Virus record (IMG/VR): IMGVR_UViG_3300008108_004916
Coordinates: 1-50,909 of that record
Strand: one strand, 5' to 3'
Length of the DNA stretch: 50,909 nucleotides
Origin: a virus
Taxonomy: Duplodnaviria; Caudoviricetes
The translations under genes were made by a program, and so were the position numbers. Each line of letters opens with the position of its first letter. Within the stretch, counting starts at the first letter, position 1. Of this stretch, positions 48,860-50,909 are shown one piece after another. Under the pieces are notes generated by a model, which saw only the letters and a program-made list of their open reading frames with translations, searched no databases and was not told where the DNA came from.

Positions 48860-50056
48860 TTAATTACCTTTTGTTGGAAATCTAGTCCATCCATTAACCC
48901 ATATTGGTTTATCTAATTCAGGTATTACCACATCTATTTCCTTATTACCTTTACCTAATGCTAAAGTTTTAAGTTGTTCATTTGTTAAAATTGTGGTTGC
49001 TCTACTGATAAAGTTTAGGGTAGGATTAAATGTTCCTACTGAATTGTTTTCAAATACAGAAACACCATCTTTTACGAATTGTGCTGTTTCATTACTTTCT
49101 AAACTCAATCCACCTTTCATCCATCCCCAAATTACACTATTCTTCATTGTGAATTGAGTCCCTCTCCTAAATCTTAAACCTAAGTTATGGTTTGCTAATG
49201 CAGTTGAGGTATTAGGTCCAACTAAAATCATATTGAATAGTTTTGGATGTGTATATGGAGTTGCGGTTGAACCTGTTCCATCGTTATCACACTCAATACC
49301 ATTTCCAGCATCTCCGTTATCTACAAATTGTGGGTCTCTCTTTGCCACACCATTTGTAATAGTTCCAGTATATCCAAAATCAAAGTCAAAATCATCATCT
49401 GCGGTTGCGAATGCATATAAGTTTTTAGCATTTACAGTTCCACCAAAAAATTCAAATGCATCATCGTTAGCGTAAATAGTTTGAACATTCTCAATGATTG
49501 TTCCACTACCAACACCACCCAATGTTAGTGCGTTAATTTCGGAGTTTGGCATTGCTGCGATTCCAGCGTATTCAATTCTTACATATTTTAGAACACCACT
49601 ATTATCAGCAGGTAGTGTACCACCATAAGGTCTACCAATACCACCTTCAATAGTTGGTTCTGATGTTCTATTAGTTGGAGCTATACCCAATATTACAATA
49701 CCACCCCAATCACCAGGTGCTTTCTCACCATCTGGTTTTCCTGATGTAAATACGATTGGCTTTTGTGCAGTTCCTTCCGCAATTATTTGTGCACCTCTTT
49801 CGATACACAATGCACCCTTTTCAGCAACATCAGATACAATCTTTGTACCCGGTTGAATTCTTAATTGTGAACCATTTGTGATATAAACATATCCTTTTAA
49901 TATCCACACTTTATCTGCGGTTAGTGTGATAGTTTCTTTGTATGTTCCACTTAATGTTGTTGAAAGGGGAACATTTACAGGCGGTTCATATCCACCTAAA
50001 TTTTTTTCGCAACTGAATAATCCTAAGATTAAAATAAGTCCTAATAATTTTCTCAT
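48860..50056 (-). CDS. Beta-helix lipoprotein of the type found next to TonB-dependent receptors
   Basis: Lipobox LFSC, GDWGGIVILG, DNSGVLKYVRIEYAG, NEINALTLGGVGSGT and DDAFEFFGGTV. Confidence 0.78.
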   Translation of the reverse strand: MRKLLGLILILGLFSCEKNLGGYEPPVNVPLSTTLSGTYKETITLTADKVWILKGYVYITNGSQLRIQPGTKIVSDVAEKGALCIERGAQIIAEGTAQKPIVFTSGKPDGEKAPGDWGGIVILGIAPTNRTSEPTIEGGIGRPYGGTLPADNSGVLKYVRIEYAGIAAMPNSEINALTLGGVGSGTIIENVQTIYANDDAFEFFGGTVNAKNLYAFATADDDFDFDFGYTGTITNGVAKRDPQFVDNGDAGNGIECDNDGTGSTATPYTHPKLFNMILVGPNTSTALANHNLGLRFRRGTQFTMKNSVIWGWMKGGLSLESNETAQFVKDGVSVFENNSVGTFNPTLNFISRATTILTNEQLKTLALGKGNKEIDVVIPELDKPIWVNGWTRFPTKGN

Positions 50057-50909
50057 AGTGTTAAATTTAATGTTAATGAAATTGTTTGTTCGTTGTTTGT
50101 TTTTATCAAATTTCGTTTTGTTTGTAACTTTTGATAATAAACCGATGGTTGTGCAAGTATATCTGCTACCGCAAATTTAAGTTCTCCTTTTTTTAATTTA
50201 TGTAGAAACACAATATCTATTACATCTCTAGCGTTTTCAAAAATATCAGAGTAACCTTGGAAACCAACTGCTGATATTCTATCTCCAACTCTATTATATG
50301 AAATATTTAATGTTTCATTTTTCTTATGTATGTTTATACCAGAATTAATAACATAGTTTGATTGTCCTTGCAATTGTCTTCTAATTCCATTTGCATTTAC
50401 TTGCGAATTCATTACCGAAGTGTTTGTATAAAAATCAAACCAACCATTTATCTTTTTTCTGATTTCCAATTCTACACCATATATTGTTGCTTGTTTTGGA
50501 TTTGTGTAAGTTAAAAGAAGATTGGAAGGAACTGAACCATCCGCTACTATTTGTTCAATTGGATTTACAAAGTTTTTACCAAACGCAGAAATGAATATAC
50601 TTTCTTTATTTGATGGATAGTATTCCCATTTAAGGTCTACATTATAGATGTCAGATTTTTTAAGATTTGAATTACCCAATAATTGTGCGTTTCTTACAAA
50701 ATCATAATAAGCAAAATTAGCCACTTCTCTAAATTCAGGTCTTGCTAATGTTTTACTCATTGAAAATCTATACTTACTTTTTTCTTCGTTGTATGAAAGA
50801 TTTAATGAAGGTAACAAATCCAAATACTCTCTATCTACATTTATTTGTATTCCGCTAAAATCAGATGTATTAACTCTAAAGATATTATATTCAGTTCTCA
50901 ATCCACTAT
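50053..50909 (-). CDS. TonB-dependent receptor, C-terminal barrel (starts outside the window)
   Basis: LPSLNL.Y, ARPEFRE, GN.NLK, YGVELE and LQGQS.Y. The frame stays open to the window edge. Confidence 0.88.
   Translation of the reverse strand, partial: SGLRTEYNIFRVNTSDFSGIQINVDREYLDLLPSLNLSYNEEKSKYRFSMSKTLARPEFREVANFAYYDFVRNAQLLGNSNLKKSDIYNVDLKWEYYPSNKESIFISAFGKNFVNPIEQIVADGSVPSNLLLTYTNPKQATIYGVELEIRKKINGWFDFYTNTSVMNSQVNANGIRRQLQGQSNYVINSGINIHKKNETLNISYNRVGDRISAVGFQGYSDIFENARDVIDIVFLHKLKKGELKFAVADILAQPSVYYQKLQTKRNLIKTNNEQTISLTLNLTL

Noticed and set aside
7589-50180. Remaining plus-strand and nested ORFs in the track (for example 12342, 22222, 32228, 36538, 38663)
   Set aside because: All overlap longer motif-bearing minus-strand genes and have no motifs of their own.
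1-50909. tRNA, rRNA or structured ncRNA genes
   Set aside because: Intergenic gaps are short and AT-rich, and no cloverleaf or conserved RNA signature was seen by eye. A covariance-model scan was not run.

Overview
This AT-rich, densely coding 51 kb window is a piece of a large myovirus-type (contractile-tail) phage. The host is most likely Bacteroidota, judged from TTTG-N20-TAnnTTTG promoters, few Shine-Dalgarno sites and a TonB receptor/lipoprotein pair. Almost all real genes are on the minus strand. In transcription order (right to left) it holds: a TonB-dependent receptor, a beta-helix lipoprotein and two secreted or outer-membrane-like proteins; a cluster of small proteins sharing an N-terminal MIxLxxxxxE leader (probable capsid-internal proteins) that ends in an Ntn hydrolase; a baseplate module (gp5-like, CHAP and M15 lysins, gp25, gp6, large wedge protein, tail-collar-like proteins); a GIY-YIG/primase/Mre11-Rad50 fusion block; a small plus-strand RHH regulator missed by the ORF track; a 2520-aa tail fibre with its chaperone; a Thr-rich mucin-like protein; and a glycosylation cluster. 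That cluster contains an HPAT/SERGT-like glycosyltransferase, a radical SAM enzyme, a GT4-methyltransferase-GT25 fusion, an Aah/TibC-type protein O-heptosyltransferase and split HldE kinase and nucleotidyltransferase genes. A further ORF missed by the track (1..2006) is a multi-domain polyprotein with NadM-like and KxDG ligase-like domains. The best candidate for a new system is phage-encoded O-glycosylation (heptosylation) of virion proteins, with [ST]-[GAS]-S-rich structural proteins and the mucin as likely substrates. The second is a set of head-packaged proteins processed by a prohead protease. All family assignments come from recognising motifs by eye; no database searches were run. No tRNA, rRNA or CRISPR array was seen.
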